The notes under the pieces: model-generated
Told to the model about the DNA's origin: nothing
The model's database searches: none
Seen by the model: only the letters and a program-made list of their open reading frames with translations
Position numbers and translations under genes: made by a program
Part shown: one piece after another, positions 38,480 through 52,292 of the stretch
How positions within the stretch are numbered: the stretch's first letter is position 1
How the letters are laid out: every line of letters begins with the position of its first letter
Assembly (NCBI GenBank): GCA_951406725.2
Contig: OX597815.1
Location: 212,598,001-212,662,000 of the forward strand
Length of the DNA stretch: 64,000 nucleotides
Reading direction: 5' to 3'
Source: Octopus vulgaris
Lineage: Eukaryota

Positions 38480-39520
38480 TGAATGAAAACATAACTTGCA
38501 GCAATAAATATTAGGGAGACGGTAATTGATGAGATCAGATACCTGACATATTTTGGGGAAGGATCCACACCATAATCTGTTTTCACAGTTTAGGGTAGAT
38601 AACTGTATAGAAGCAAAAAGTTGAAGAATTTAATGAGGATATGGGGCCATATCAAGGAAAAATACTGCTTGAAAGTAATAGGAGAGTTGCCTTGGTGGGC
38701 TGAAGAGAAGGGGGAAGTTTTCAGAATGGTAGCAACATACACTATATGGTGACCTAAGTGAGTTTGAGAAGGTTTAAGTTCAGGAGGGGTCTTGTTCCAT
38801 GAGAAAATCATGTTTTTTCTTTTCTGAAGGTTCTGTTCCAAGCACTGCATCGATGGCAAATGACTACCAGTTGATCATGATAAGGGATTTTCTCTAATTG
38901 CTGGAAGCAACATCTTTGACTTAAATGGCTGTATGTTACAATTGAATGAATCACAAGTGAAGAATATCTCCTCTGCTATAGAATTGGCAGAATTCTCACC
39001 AGTCACCTCACTTGACATAACAGAGTGATTGAGGAATAAGGCTGATGTAGAATAGATTGACATGATTCAGGCTATCTAGATAAGCCATGGGCCAAATAAT
39101 CCTGTTGGAGCAGGGATGGAACGTGTGTATAAATTGGATTTCAAACGAGAGGGCAGGAGTATTTGTGGAATTGAAATGTGTGAGTCAGAAATATAAGAAA
39201 ACAAGGAAACCAGGTAGTTCAGATGGTTCAAGATGATAAACATGACAGCCTTTGTGGTAGCAGAGTCAATAGAGAAGGAATGAGAAGGCCAAGACAAATT
39301 GTATTCAGTGAAATCACTTGGATGACAGGATGAGTACACAGAGTGGTAGATGTCAACAGATTAAGTTAGAGGAAGAAGAAGAAAACAAACTTTCAACCAG
39401 AATAACTGGTAGCCTTTATTGAAAAATTCCAGGTGAGAAAGATGTGTTGTAGGAAGAACAGACACAATGCAGCTGCAGGCATCACTTTTTAAAAAGTTGA
39501 ACAATTTACTCAAAAATGGA
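38480..39520 (-). mobile_element. Old LINE ORF2 relic (endonuclease to RT start, CR1/L2 group)
   Basis: Minus strand PKICQVSDLINYRL resembles PKxG..SxxNYRPI; pyrimidine-rich decayed coding texture; limits approximate. Confidence 0.5.
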
Positions 39521-39885
39521 GTAATGACTTGACCATATGATAATCTATTAGTTTTTATGAGACACACATTTTGTTTATATTTGGAAGTGAATATGGTCAC
39601 AGTGTAAAATGTAAATATGTGAAAACTAAATAAAAAAAACAACTATTTTTTAAACATTTTTACACTAATTAGAACAGGTGGTGTCATTTGCTTATTTAAA
39701 TATTTATATATATGAATTGTCAAAGAATATGTGTCAAAATGTAGTAGCTATTTATCTTATTATCAATTTGACCTTTAAAGTCTTTAAAAATAAATCAAAC
39801 CTAATTTTAAGGAAAACAATTATTTGCACAGAATTCTGGAATAAAAATTCATTATCAAGTACTGAAACAAAATTTTTAAAAAATA

Positions 39886-40100
39886 GCCCTTTAGCATTTA
39901 AACAGACCATCTCTGATCCAAATATTCTACCTGTTTTATATTCAAACTGGCCAGATTCAGCCACTCGCACCTATTTTACCATATCATTCTAAAAATAAAC
40001 AATCACATCATCAAAATCTCAAGACTATGAGATAATGCATGATTAATTCAAAGCAATGTGAATAAATAAACATTACATTTGACAGAGTAATCAGAATGCA
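39886..40100. mobile_element. piggyBac-type MITE (family F), lacking the right terminus
   Basis: CCCTTTAGCATTTAAAC...TTTGACAGAGTAATCAGAATGC. Confidence 0.8.
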
Positions 40101-40174
40101 CTGTTTCAGTGGCCTCAAATTCTGAGTCATCACAGATTTTAGACGGTATTGGAAACACACAACTTTCTTATTAA

Positions 40175-40813
40175 CCCTTTAGCAATTAAACTGGCTATAT
40201 CTGGCCCAAATATTCTACCTATTTTATGTTCAAACTAGCCAGAACCAGATGCTCTCACCTACCCTACAATATCATTTTAAAGTTAAACAATCACTTGGCA
40301 GACACCCATTATTATTAACCATCTTACTAACAATAACTCTGAGCACCTTTTCAAACTCCACCTGTCTAACACCCGTGGACATGTTTACAAAGTCAGAAAA
40401 CAGCACAGCTCCCATGACTTCAGGAAACATTTTTTCACACTGAGAGTTGCTGAAGCATGGAACAAACTGCCAGCATCAGTTGTTAGTTGTCGGAGCACTG
40501 CATCCTTCAAAACTTCCATGCTTCCTGAGGTTCGCCAACACTACACCTGATTTTCTCCCCTCCATAAACACGTAAGCACGTATCTGACTCATAGACTGTT
40601 CACTTCCCAGACAATTGTACATTACTGCATATACTTTATACGCACTTTTGACAAGTTGTGGTGCACCTGAGCAATGCATACAATAATTTCATTATTATAT
40701 TATTATTATTATTATCATTGAAATCTTGAAGCAATGAGATCATGCTCAATTAATTTATAATGATGTGAATAAAGAAGCCTTACATTTGACAGAGTAATCT
40801 GAACACTAAAGGG
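40175..40813. mobile_element. piggyBac-type MITE (family F) split by a CR1 insertion
   Basis: TTAA|CCCTTTAGC ... CTAAAGGG|TTAA; MITE sequence AATCAC^ATCATTG interrupted at 40294/40714. Confidence 0.85.
40295..40713 (+). mobile_element. CR1-clade LINE 3' end
   Basis: Reads TRGHVYKVRKQHSSHDFRKHFFTLRVAEAWNKLPASVVSCRSTASFK, the CR1 ORF2 C-terminal signature; (ATT)n tail. Confidence 0.9.
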
Positions 40814-41310
40814 TTAATTTAAGTTTCCCAAACAACAAATCCTTTTTGCAGATCATTAATCAAGCTGACAAACTCTGATCAGACGAGAATATACCAACAG
40901 CTTGAAGAAATAATATATACTGTTCTGCTTCCTTTAAAATATGGATAGCGTTTTAATAGAAGATGTTTATTGTAAAGGCACATTGAGTATAGATGATATG
41001 TAATCCCTTGTCATTTCATCAGAACAAAACAATTACACCTATTTATTTTCGATACTCAGGATCATGCAAGACTGTGGGGTAAGAAGTTTGCTCCCCCAAC
41101 CACATGTTTTTGGGTTCGATCCCACTCCATGGAACCCTGGACAAGTACCTTCTAATATAGCTTCAAGCTGTCCAAAGCCCTTATAAATGAATATGGATGG
41201 CAGTAAACTGAAACAAAACCAAAATTTGACAACCAGTGTTGGTTTGTTTACAACCCTGTAATTTAGTGGTTCAACTTTAGTAGTTAAATAAATATAATAC
41301 ATAAATCTAT

Positions 41311-41406
41311 CTATTTATCTATACTTATATACACATGTACATATATATACATACACATGCATATAGACATACATATACATACACAAATATACACATACAC
41401 ACACAC

Positions 41407-41441
<35 letters not shown>

Positions 41442-41484
41442 CATATATATATACATATATACATATATACACATACACACATAC

Positions 41485-41519
<35 letters not shown>

Positions 41520-41566
41520 CATATATATATACATATATACATATATACACATACACACATACATAG

Positions 41567-41597
<31 letters not shown>

Positions 41598-41843
41598 CAT
41601 ATATATATACATATATACATATATACACATACACACATACATATATACTCATACACACATACATATATACTCATACACACATACATATATACTCATACAC
41701 ACATACATATATACTCATACACACATACATATATACATGTATACACAAATATACATATACATGCATACACAAATATACATATACATGCATACACATATAT
41801 ATATATACTTATACATGCATATATATATATACTTATATATGCA

Positions 41844-41882
<39 letters not shown>

Positions 41883-42288
41883 TTATACATGCATATATAT
41901 ATATATATATACTTATACATGCATATACATATATACACATACATGTATATACACATACATATATCTACACATATATATACATGCATATATATATATATAT
42001 ATACATACATATACACATATACATATAGATATATACATGCATATACACATGTACATATTCATACACAGATATATAAGAACATCCATATACATACATACAT
42101 ACATTATATGTACATACACATACATACATTATATGTACATACACATACATACGTTATATGTACATACATACATTATATATGCATACACATACATTTTATA
42201 TGTACATACATACATTATATATGCATACACATACATTTTATATACATACACATACATTTTATATACATACACATACATACATACATAC

Positions 42289-42337
<49 letters not shown>

Positions 42338-42577
42338 ATATATTATGCATATACATACATTATACAATTATACATACATACATTCTATATATATAGATAT
42401 ACATACATACAATCTATATATATATACACACACATACATTCATTATATATATACATTTATTATATTATATATACATACATTATATATATATACATACATT
42501 ATATATATATATACATACATTATATATATATATACATACATTATATATATATATACATACATTATATATATACATAC

Positions 42578-42619
<42 letters not shown>

Positions 42620-42790
42620 TACATCACATATATATACATATGTACACTACATGTGTATACATACATACATACGTTATATATATACACATACACAAACATA
42701 CATACATAATCTATATATATATAGAGAGAGAGAGAAATACACATATACACACACATTCCTGCATACATACACTGACACAAAGTACGTATA
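41311..42790. repeat. ~1.5-kb compound TA/CA/TACA microsatellite with higher-order units
   Basis: Low-complexity tract; three ~78-nt units near 41395-41630. Confidence 0.95.
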
Positions 42791-45767
42791 TATTTACTTA
42801 TTATGCTAGGTAGATCAAACTAAGAAATAATGTTAAAATTTAGAAATTTGGCCATTTAGGAATTAGTTTCTAATTTAGAAGATTACAGTACCATAGCAAA
42901 CACAGACAAATTACAATAATACTAAATAAGTATAACAACCGATCTTGATAACAAAGCTTTCTTATGTCATTAGACATAAGATAAATCATTGAAAATAAAA
43001 CCGTTATTGATAGCATTGATATTATTTCTTAGCCAATAATATGATGGGTAATTCACGTTCCAGCTATATTTGTACCCAACTTATGAAAATTATTAAACTG
43101 CAGTTTTTAATGCAGATTTGAGAAAATGTGTGACCCTCTCAGTATTTACAACATCCGACAGCAGCATTTGCACTGAAATATATAATGAAATATTTGGGGA
43201 CTGTTACACCCAACGTATTTGAATTGTTTCCTGTACACCTTCCTGTGGGTGGAATTCATTTAAAGCTGTCTTTGATATTAGACAGTATTCTCATGTGAAA
43301 ATTATAAAAGAAAAAAAGGAAGAAAACAAAGACTATAAAGTTAGTTTATGACTGTGATTATTTTAATTAACAATTAACATAACAACTATAATAAATTGAA
43401 TATAAACAAACATAAAACAAAGGAAAATAATTATTGATATACCTGCTCTTCCTCAGCAATGGTTCTAGATCACTATGAAGTCAGGAACAAATCTAAGACT
43501 CATATACCATACATCGTCACATTCTTTAAACACTCATTTCTATCATCAAAAGCAAAAGTTTGTTTAAGCTCCCTAGTTGCTCAACCAGTTTTCACACAAC
43601 CTAAAATTAGCTTTCTAATTCCTAATTAAAAAGAAATCATAGTTATTCACTAACGACAAAAAGTAGTAATAGTAATAATGCTAGCAAAATACTATTTTAA
43701 ATAACTGTAGTTTGTTTATAAAAATAAATGCAAGAGAATGAATGAAATATTTAATTTTTAATAAGAATATTTCCAATCTCAAATTATATATATTTCATCA
43801 AAGCTACATGTTATAACTAATCTTTGTTTTATAAGCTGAAAAATATAGGCTCTCATAAAAAAAATATCAACAGGTGAACTGGACTGGTGAGAAGTAAAAA
43901 GGGAAAAGCATTTCTTTTGAATAGATTCCCTGATTCAGAACAAGCAGAGATGTTATCACTACTGTGAGGGATTTCTTATGAAAAGAAACAGCGAACAAAT
44001 AGAAGGTAGAAATATTTGAGTGAGGAAATGAGTGTAGTGAAGTGTTCTGTGAAGTTTTAAGGTGTTAAGAAAATAAAATAAAGAATAGAAGAAATCACAT
44101 ACTCAAGATCTGAACAAACTTACAAATAATACCCAGAATCTCCAGTGAACCACTCGTCAAACAGCTTGGTAGTTCAGGTAATATCCACCCAAAAGTAAAT
44201 ATCACCCAAGATTGAAATATGTATATTGTCCAAAAAAGAGATAATGTAGAAGAAAGATATAATAAATACGAAAAGAAAGATAAAAACTTCTCTTTTTTTC
44301 TTTCTTTCACTTGCTAGGAGAGAGAAGACAGCTTTTAAACAAACGAACTAACCTAGTTGACGAAAAGAAAATGAAGCAATTGATATTATGTCTGGACAGA
44401 TACCCTAAATAGCTGTGTGATTGTTTGAAGAGATGCAAATGAAGACAATACCAGGTTGGAAAGAGTGGATCATCTGTTACAAGGGAGAAGAAGAAGAAGA
44501 AGAGGTAATGATGGGAGAAATGTAAAATAAGCAGGTAAGTGGATAAGAATACCTACAGCCTCTCTCTCTTAAATAAATAACAAACAACTAAAAGACAAAA
44601 TTCACACAGGAAAGACTAACCTAGAAAAATGAAATGCTTAAAATACAATTATTTAATGATAGGTTCCAACAGGATGCTAAATTCATAATAAACCATCTGC
44701 TTTCTTTGCAGCATTTAATAAGGACAGCGCCACTGTAATTAAAGTAGTCAAAAGACCCAATACCTCAATAACAACAATTTTTCTCACTCTACCATAAAGA
44801 AAACAAGTGTACTTAATTAAAAACGAATGGTTTGTTCTCTGTAAATGAGGAAGGGACCCAAGTAGAGCTGTGTCCATACTGCATTTTTGTTTTTGGGTTT
44901 TTGTAGTGTTTATATAAGGTTGAGACTTCCTTACTCTGGCAGAATGTCATTTTAGTTCATTTGAATAGACCCAGTCAGCTTTAATTAAATGTACTGCTGA
45001 TTGGTACCTAACAAAATTAATTTTGATAACTCGTTATCAAATTTACATCAGTCTGAAGCTTATTAGTTGTAATAATCATATTCTACAGAGCAGCATTACC
45101 CCTGGCTACACAGAGTTTAACAAAGCCAATAGATTTTGAAATAGTAAATAGTTCAACTGTCAGATCTTTCAAAACAATTTTGTAGTTTTAATCCAAACAT
45201 TCTTCTAAATATATTCTAAACATAAAATACTCACACGCACATGCGCACATACACTCATGCTGCACATGCAATATGCATATATTGCATCATCATTATTATC
45301 ATCAGTTTTTTTTTTTGTTTTGTTTTTTCTTTAACATCCATTCTTCCATGTTTGTATTGTTCAGAGTTTATTGAGGTAGATTTTCCAACTGCCAACCCCC
45401 ACCTGTTTCCAAGCAAGGTAATATTTCTCATGGCCAGAACATGTTTTCCACGGAAGAGTGGAAATGAACAAAACCACCTGTATGATGGTGATATTTGTTT
45501 ACAACCATCACTTAATGTCCAGACAAAGGTTCATATAACCACATGAACACACACATAATTATATGTACACAAATATATATATACATATATATCCCCAAGA
45601 ACAGGCTACTGATTTTTTTCTGTAGCATTTTACTTGAAGACACACATGGAAGGGCGGGGGGAATCTAAGCGAATTTGGCGGTGCTAACATTGAACATGAG
45701 TGGCTTAACGCCGTTATGTGGAAAGATTCGTTCAAATGTTCTAGTACCTTCAAATTATCACAGAAAA

Positions 45768-45854
45768 TCCATGCTGATGAAGAATATGGTTAGTAAAGTA
45801 TATTTTTTTATATTCTTTATGAAAAAACCTAATTCAGAAACACGCGTCCATGGA
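45768..45854 (+). ncRNA. Type-I hammerhead-like ribozyme with extended stem II in a CpG-rich repeat (~45640-45920)
   Basis: Stem I TCCATG/CATGGA; core CTGATGA; A; GAAT..GGTT/AACC..ATTC; A; GAAA; C-ACGC-GTC cleavage triplet at 45846-45848. Confidence 0.6.
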
Positions 45855-46041
45855 CGATCAGATATTGATTGATTTTCGTTACTTTACTCTCTGCCTGTGT
45901 GATTAACCTTCAAGTATTTTGGTTTCTCTGGAAGACCCTTTTTAAAGTAGAAGAAATGGCTAAGATTTTTGGCTGCTATTTCTGAACTTCAGTGTGTGGT
46001 GAGGCAATTCTTTGCTGAACCCTTTTTATTAGTATACATAC

Positions 46042-46093
<52 letters not shown>

Positions 46094-47464
46094 GCAGATG
46101 CATATACCAATAAGCACACACTTATATGAAGAGCTTCTTTCAGTTTCCATATGCAAAATCCACACACAAGGTTTTGGCCAGCCAGGTGCTATGGTAGAAA
46201 ACACTTGCCCAAGGTTCCACACACTGGGACTGAACCCAAAAACAACATGGCTGGGAAGCAAACACCTTAAGTGCACAGCTATGCCTGCACACACACACAC
46301 ACACAAATATATATATATATAGAGATATATAGAGAGAGAGAGAGAGGGAGGGAGGAGTACAGATGGATTCAGTTATAGTTGTGTAATTAACAAGTTTAAT
46401 TTTCAATCAATTAGTTCTGGGTTCGATCCTGCTGCAAGGCAACCTTTAGCAAACACTTTCTCACACAGCAAAGCACTGGACAGTATATATGCATATGTGT
46501 GTGTGTATATGTTGACATGGAGGACATGAGACAAAAATATCAAGTGGTAAAATCTCACAAAAGCTATCTTATCTTTTATTTATTTCGGTCATTTGACTGC
46601 AGCCATGCTGGGACACCACCTTGAAGGGTTTTAGTCGAGTAAATCAACCCCAGGACTTATTTATTTAAAGACTGATACTTGTCCTATCAGTTTCTTTTGC
46701 CAAGCTGTTATGGGTACATAAACATACCAAGTGGTGGTGGTGGAGGACAAACACACACACACACACACACAGATATATACATATGTTTATATGATGAGAC
46801 ACTCGCCCAAGGTGCCATGCAGTGGGACTAAACCCAGGACCATTTGGTTGGGAAGTAAGCTTCTTACCACACACCTGCATCAGCTACATAGTGGGACTGA
46901 ACTGAGGACCTTGTGGTTGGGAAGCAAGCTTCTAACCACACAGCCATACTGGTACCTTTGCATTTCTTCCTCCCAAGGTGGAAAAATATACTGAAGCTGA
47001 TATGCTGATATGATTAACTAAAACTCATAATAACATTGACCTAGCAAAAGCGGCAAAATGTTTGACGGCATTTCATATGCTCTGAGTTCAAATTCTGCCA
47101 AGGTCATCTTTGCCATATATCATTGCTTCCAGGGTCAATAAAATAAATAGCAGTTGAACACTGGTGGTGAGCGGTTGATGTAACTGACTTACCTACTCCC
47201 CCGAAACTACTGGTCTTGTGCCAAAATTTGAAATCAATATTGCCCCAGCACGCCTGTAGTCCAATAATTAAAGCTAATACTAATATTAGGAAAAAAGGGA
47301 CCTCAGGCTTGGCACTGTGGTTAGACATTTGCTTCCCCACCACATCACCTTGGGTTCAGTCCTACTGTGTGGCACCTTCGGCAAGTATCTTCTACTTTAG
47401 TTCCAGGCCAACCAAAGTCTTATGAGAGGATTTGGTTGACAGAAACTGAAAGAAGCCCCTTGTG

Positions 47465-47499
<35 letters not shown>

Positions 47500-47501
47500 A
47501 T

Positions 47502-47883
47502 TTATTCTTTTACTTGTATCAGTCATTTGACTGCAGCCATGCTGGAGCACCACCTTAAGTCGAGCAAATCGACCCCAGGACTTATTCTTTGTAAACCTAG
47601 TACTTATTCTATCTATCTCTTTTGCCGAACCGCTAGGTCACAGGGATGTAAAGGCACCAGCATCAGTTGTCAAGCGATGTTGGGAGAACAAACACAGACA
47701 CACAAACATGCACAAACATATACATACAACGGGCTTCTTTCAGTTTCTGTCTACCAAATCCACTCACAAGGTTTTGGTCGGCCTGAGGCTATAATAGAAA
47801 ACACTTGCCCAAGGTGCCATGCAATGAGACTGAAACCAGAACCATGTGGTTGAGAAGCAAGCTACTTACCACACAGCCACCCC
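47502..47883 (-). mobile_element. tRNA-headed SINE (family C), near full length
   Basis: GACTGCAGCCATGCTGGAGCACCACC ... ACTTACCACACAGCCAC; further family C pieces at ~46125-46290, 46570-46950, 47305-47460, 47920-48090, 48520-48870. Confidence 0.85.
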
Positions 47884-48916
47884 TGTATATTATATACATA
47901 TATATTTATATATGTATATCTATGTGTTTGTACCCCACCACTGCTTGACAACTTAGTGGTTTGAAAACAGAGAGCGACAGAATAAATACCAGTCTTTAAA
48001 AATAAATGCTGGGGTCAATTGGTTTGACTAAACCCTTCACAAAAGTCCTCCTGCATAGCCCCAGTCCAATGAGTGAAACAAAAGATTAAAGACAGAAGAC
48101 ATATTGAAGCAATTAGTTCTGCTGTTGATATAATTCACTTCAAGACAAGATCAGAACAATACCATCTTTCCTTTCATCCTTGGAACTTAATTGGGTTTCA
48201 TATTCCGCAATTTTACATTAGTCAATAAAGTATTGAAAGTGAAAAAAGCAATATGGAACAACCATCATCATCATCATCATCATAAAAGGAAATTTATCAA
48301 AAGAAAGATGCCCTTTGTTATAACATTATCAATGCAGGCTTTAAATTATTATTTCTTTTCAGTCAGTAATTGTCTAATCAATCAACACCTCACTACTCAA
48401 CTCCAACACAAAAACAGACACACACACACATAAATGTGTGTGCAAGAACAAATGAATTACCATGCTTCAACCATCGAAATCATAAGAGATGACCATACAT
48501 TCTAATACTGTCTTTAATCATATTTTTACTGGTTTCACTCATTGGACTGTGGCCATGCTGCAAGGCACTGCCCCGAAGGGTTTAGTTGAACAAATCAAAT
48601 CCAGTATCTTTTTTTCTTTTAAGTCTGGTACTTATTCTATCCATCTGTTTTGCCAAACCACTAAGTTACAGGGAGTTTTAAAAAACTAACACTGGTTTTC
48701 AAAAAGCAGGTAGAGTCAACAGGTTTCCACTCAGTTTCCTTCTACCAAATTCACTCAGAAAACATAAGTCAGCCTAGGGCTCTAGTAGAAAATATTTGCT
48801 CAAAGCACTGCACTGTGGGACTGAACTAAAAACCACAAGACTACAAAGTAAGCTTCTTAACTATGCAGCCAGTTTTTTCCCCCTCTTTTTTTACATTATT
48901 CTAAATAACCAGTAAA

Positions 48917-49237
48917 AGCATGAAGCTTAGTGGTTAGTGTATTCAGCTCACAATCATGAAGTCATGAGTTCAATTCCCAGTGGCATGTTGTGTCCTTGAG
49001 CAAAACACTTTATTTCACATTGCTCCAGTCCACTTGGCTGGCAAAAATGAGAAGTACCTGTATTTCAAAGGGCCAGCCTTGTCACATTCTGTGTCATGCT
49101 GAATCACCCCGAGAACTACATTAAGGGAACATGTGTGTCTGTGGAATGCTCAGCCACTTGCACGTTAATTTCATGAGCAGGCTATTCCATTGATTGGACC
49201 AACTGGAACCCTTGTCGCCGTAATTGACAGAGTGCCA
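48917..49237 (+). mobile_element. tRNA-headed SINE (family D2)
   Basis: GCTTAGTGGTTAG A-box, GAGTTCAATTCCC B-box, CCTTGAGCAAAACACTTTATTTCAC body, TCAAAGGGCCAGCCTTGTCAC tail. Confidence 0.85.
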
Positions 49238-49473
49238 AATAGCCACACAATTATGCATGCAGAAATATAGAGAGTAGTTTGTCTTGCAAGATTATGGACC
49301 AGGGATCAATCCTACCGCATGGTACTTTGGACAAGGGTCTTCTACCATAACTTCAGACTGACCGATTTCTTGGAAGTGGATTTTGAAAGATGGAAGCTGT
49401 GTGTAAATTTGGCATTTACATATACATGCATATGTGTATCTCTTGCCATTGTATATCAGCAACTGATATAAAC

Positions 49474-49703
49474 ATCATCATCATCATCGTTTAATGTCCG
49501 TTTTCCGTGCTAGCATGGGTTGGACAGTTCGACCAGGGTCTGGGGAGCCAGGAGGTTGCACCAGGCTTCAGTCTGATCTGGCAGTGTTTCTGCAGCTGGA
49601 TGCCCTTCCTAACACCAACCACTTCGTGAGTGTAGTGGGTGCTTTTTATGTGCCACTGGCACAGGGGCCAGAGGAGGCTGGCAAATGGCCATGATCGGTT
49701 GGT
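49474..49703 (-). mobile_element. Family A RTE 3' end
   Basis: (CAT)n plus conserved core. Confidence 0.85.
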
Positions 49704-51389
49704 AAAAAAAAAAAAGAAAAAAACTGGTACCTCATGAGCAAAAGTGCTTTGATATATTTGTTCTACATCTAGATACAGACACACCCTTGACACACTTGTG
49801 AGAAATGCAATAAACCAGTGACTGTAATATAAAATAATAGATATACAAATATGTTCATACTTTTATCAGATCTCTTGATATTTAAGGACATAATTGAATG
49901 AAAAGTAGGCGAAAACAATGGGAAAAACAAAAATAAACGATATCTGATACTAAAGGAAAGATGTTATTGAGACCAGAGATATCATTCAATTCTATACAGA
50001 CTGGAGCGTAATATTGTCAGCATAACAAGGTACTGCCTAATAATATTAGCTATTCAACATAAAAAAAACTGTCTCAGATAACAGGTGAAACAAGAGCAAA
50101 GCAGCATAGTGTTGCAATAATTGAAACATAATTGTAAATTATTATGTCACTTAGTATTCATACACTGTTCTTCCTACATAAACAACAAAAAGAGCAAAGG
50201 AGCCTCAACACAGTCACTTGAACTGCTAGAAATGGCAGCCAAATATCTCTCAAACCACACACACCATAAAAGACACATTAATTAATGTATGCTTTCTAGA
50301 CAATAAGTCTGAATAAACAACAGAATTGTCAAATCTATTCAATCAAGGTTAATTTGAGATCAAACAAAGACACATAACAAAAGGTATTTTTGTTATTACA
50401 ATAACAGCCAAGGTAGCAAGATGGAAGAATCATCAGTAGGCCTCCTGATAAAATGGTCAATGGCATTTCTTCTGGCCTTACATCCTGAGTTCAAATTCCA
50501 CTAACAATGACTTTTGCCTTTCATCCTTAAGGGGTCAACAAAATAAGCATCAGTTGGGCACTTAACCCCTTCCCTAAAATTGCTGGTCTTTGGCCAAAAG
50601 TTGAAATCATTACAGTAGCAATGTCTGAGAGTGCATAAAGCTATTTTAATTTGCGACTAAAATTGAAATGGTTATTTCAACTGGAAGGATAAAATAGATT
50701 TTTAAATAACTAAAAAATGTTATATTTTTGTTAGATGCCATATTAATAATGTACATGTTTATATGAACTTCACAAAACTTCATGTCAACATTATTCTATT
50801 AACAATCTTTGTTTAGATGTCTATCTTATTAGACACCTCCCCACTAGATGTGTGTGTAAATGTATGTATGTATTTATATGTATATGTCTGTGTATATATA
50901 TTTAGAGAGAGAAGGGGAGAAATGACCAACAAACAGATATACATACATACATATACACTCACATATAGCATTCAGTCATTCATTTTATGTCCAGTTTTCC
51001 ATGCTTGCATGGGTTAGAAGAATACATATTATTGAGGCATTGTTCAACAACTGAATGCTCTTCCAGTCACTAACCTTTACCTTATATTTCAAGTAAGGAA
51101 GTTTTCATTCAACTCTTCTTCGAAAGTACACCACTACCAGATAATTTGTGGACTGGGAAATTGTTAATAAATGGGACGGTCTGTAGCTCAGCTCAGTGCA
51201 GAATGAGAACATTCACTCTCTCTCTCACACAAACACACAGGCACATGATGGGCTTTGTGTAGTTTCCATCTAACAAATTCACTCACATGATGCTACAGCA
51301 GAAGACACTCGCCCAAATTTCCGTGCAGTGAGACTGAACCCAAAAAGCCACATAGTTAACAAAGATTTATTATCCACAGAGAAGACTCG

Positions 51390-51644
51390 CCAAAGCCAAG
51401 TGAAACACATTCATGGCTGATGCCAGTGTCACGTAACTGACATTCATGCTGGTGGCACATAAAAGCAACCATGTTAGTGGCACGTTAAAAAGCACCCATT
51501 ACACTCTTGGAGTGGTTGACATTAGGAAGAGCAACCAACCATGCCAAACCAGACTGGAACTTGGTGCAGCTCTCCGGCTTACCAGTTCCAGTCAAACCAT
51601 GTAACCGATGCCAGCATGGAAAAGCAGACACTAAATGATGATGA
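51390..51644 (+). mobile_element. Diverged family A RTE 3' end
   Basis: GTGGCACGTTAAAAAGCACCC...CCAGCATGGAAAAGCAGACACTAAATGATGATG. Confidence 0.75.
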
Positions 51645-51960
51645 TAGGTGTATCCACGCCATCAAAAGACGATAGTGTATTGTCATTTCATATTAGTTAT
51701 TACTGGATTATGAATAATGGTTTAGTGTTTCAATATATATTCCCCCTTTATTTGTCTTAGCACAACTAAAATGATGATAAAAATATTCAGTTTTATTAGG
51801 TAATAAATGAGATTATTAATTCTTTGCTGATGCTTTTACTGCTATAGAGTCTCTCGTTTACCCTGTTCTTGTTGCATGTGTAACCACTTCTAGGATCTCC
51901 AATTCTTCTTCATTCTCTGAATAGTATTAATCATACAAGTTTAATATTTGGTAGGACATA

Positions 51961-52292
51961 CCAGCTCTGTCTGGCCCCGTGTCGGTGGCACGTAAAAGCA
52001 CCATCCGTTCGTGTCCGTTGCCAGCATCGCCTGGCCCCGTGCCGGTGACACGTAAAAGCACCATCCGTTCGTGGCCATTCGCCAGCTCTGTCTGGCACCT
52101 GTGCAGGTGGCACGTAAAAAACACCCACTACACTCGCGGAGTGGTTGGCGTTAGGAAGGGCATCCAGCCGTAGAAACACTGCCAGATCTGACTGAGCCTG
52201 ACGAAGCCTTCCAGCTTCACAGACCCCAGTTGACCCGTCCAACCCATGCTAGCATGGAAAGCGGACGCTAAACGATGATGATGATGATGATG
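51961..52292 (+). mobile_element. Family A RTE 3' end
   Basis: 3 tandem units, core, GGACGCTAAACGATGATGATG tail. Confidence 0.85.

Noticed and set aside
41311-42809. Long ORFs (353 and 464 aa) and similar YI/HT/CV-rich ORFs at 27646-28297
   Set aside because: Translations of TA/CA microsatellites, which lack stop codons by composition
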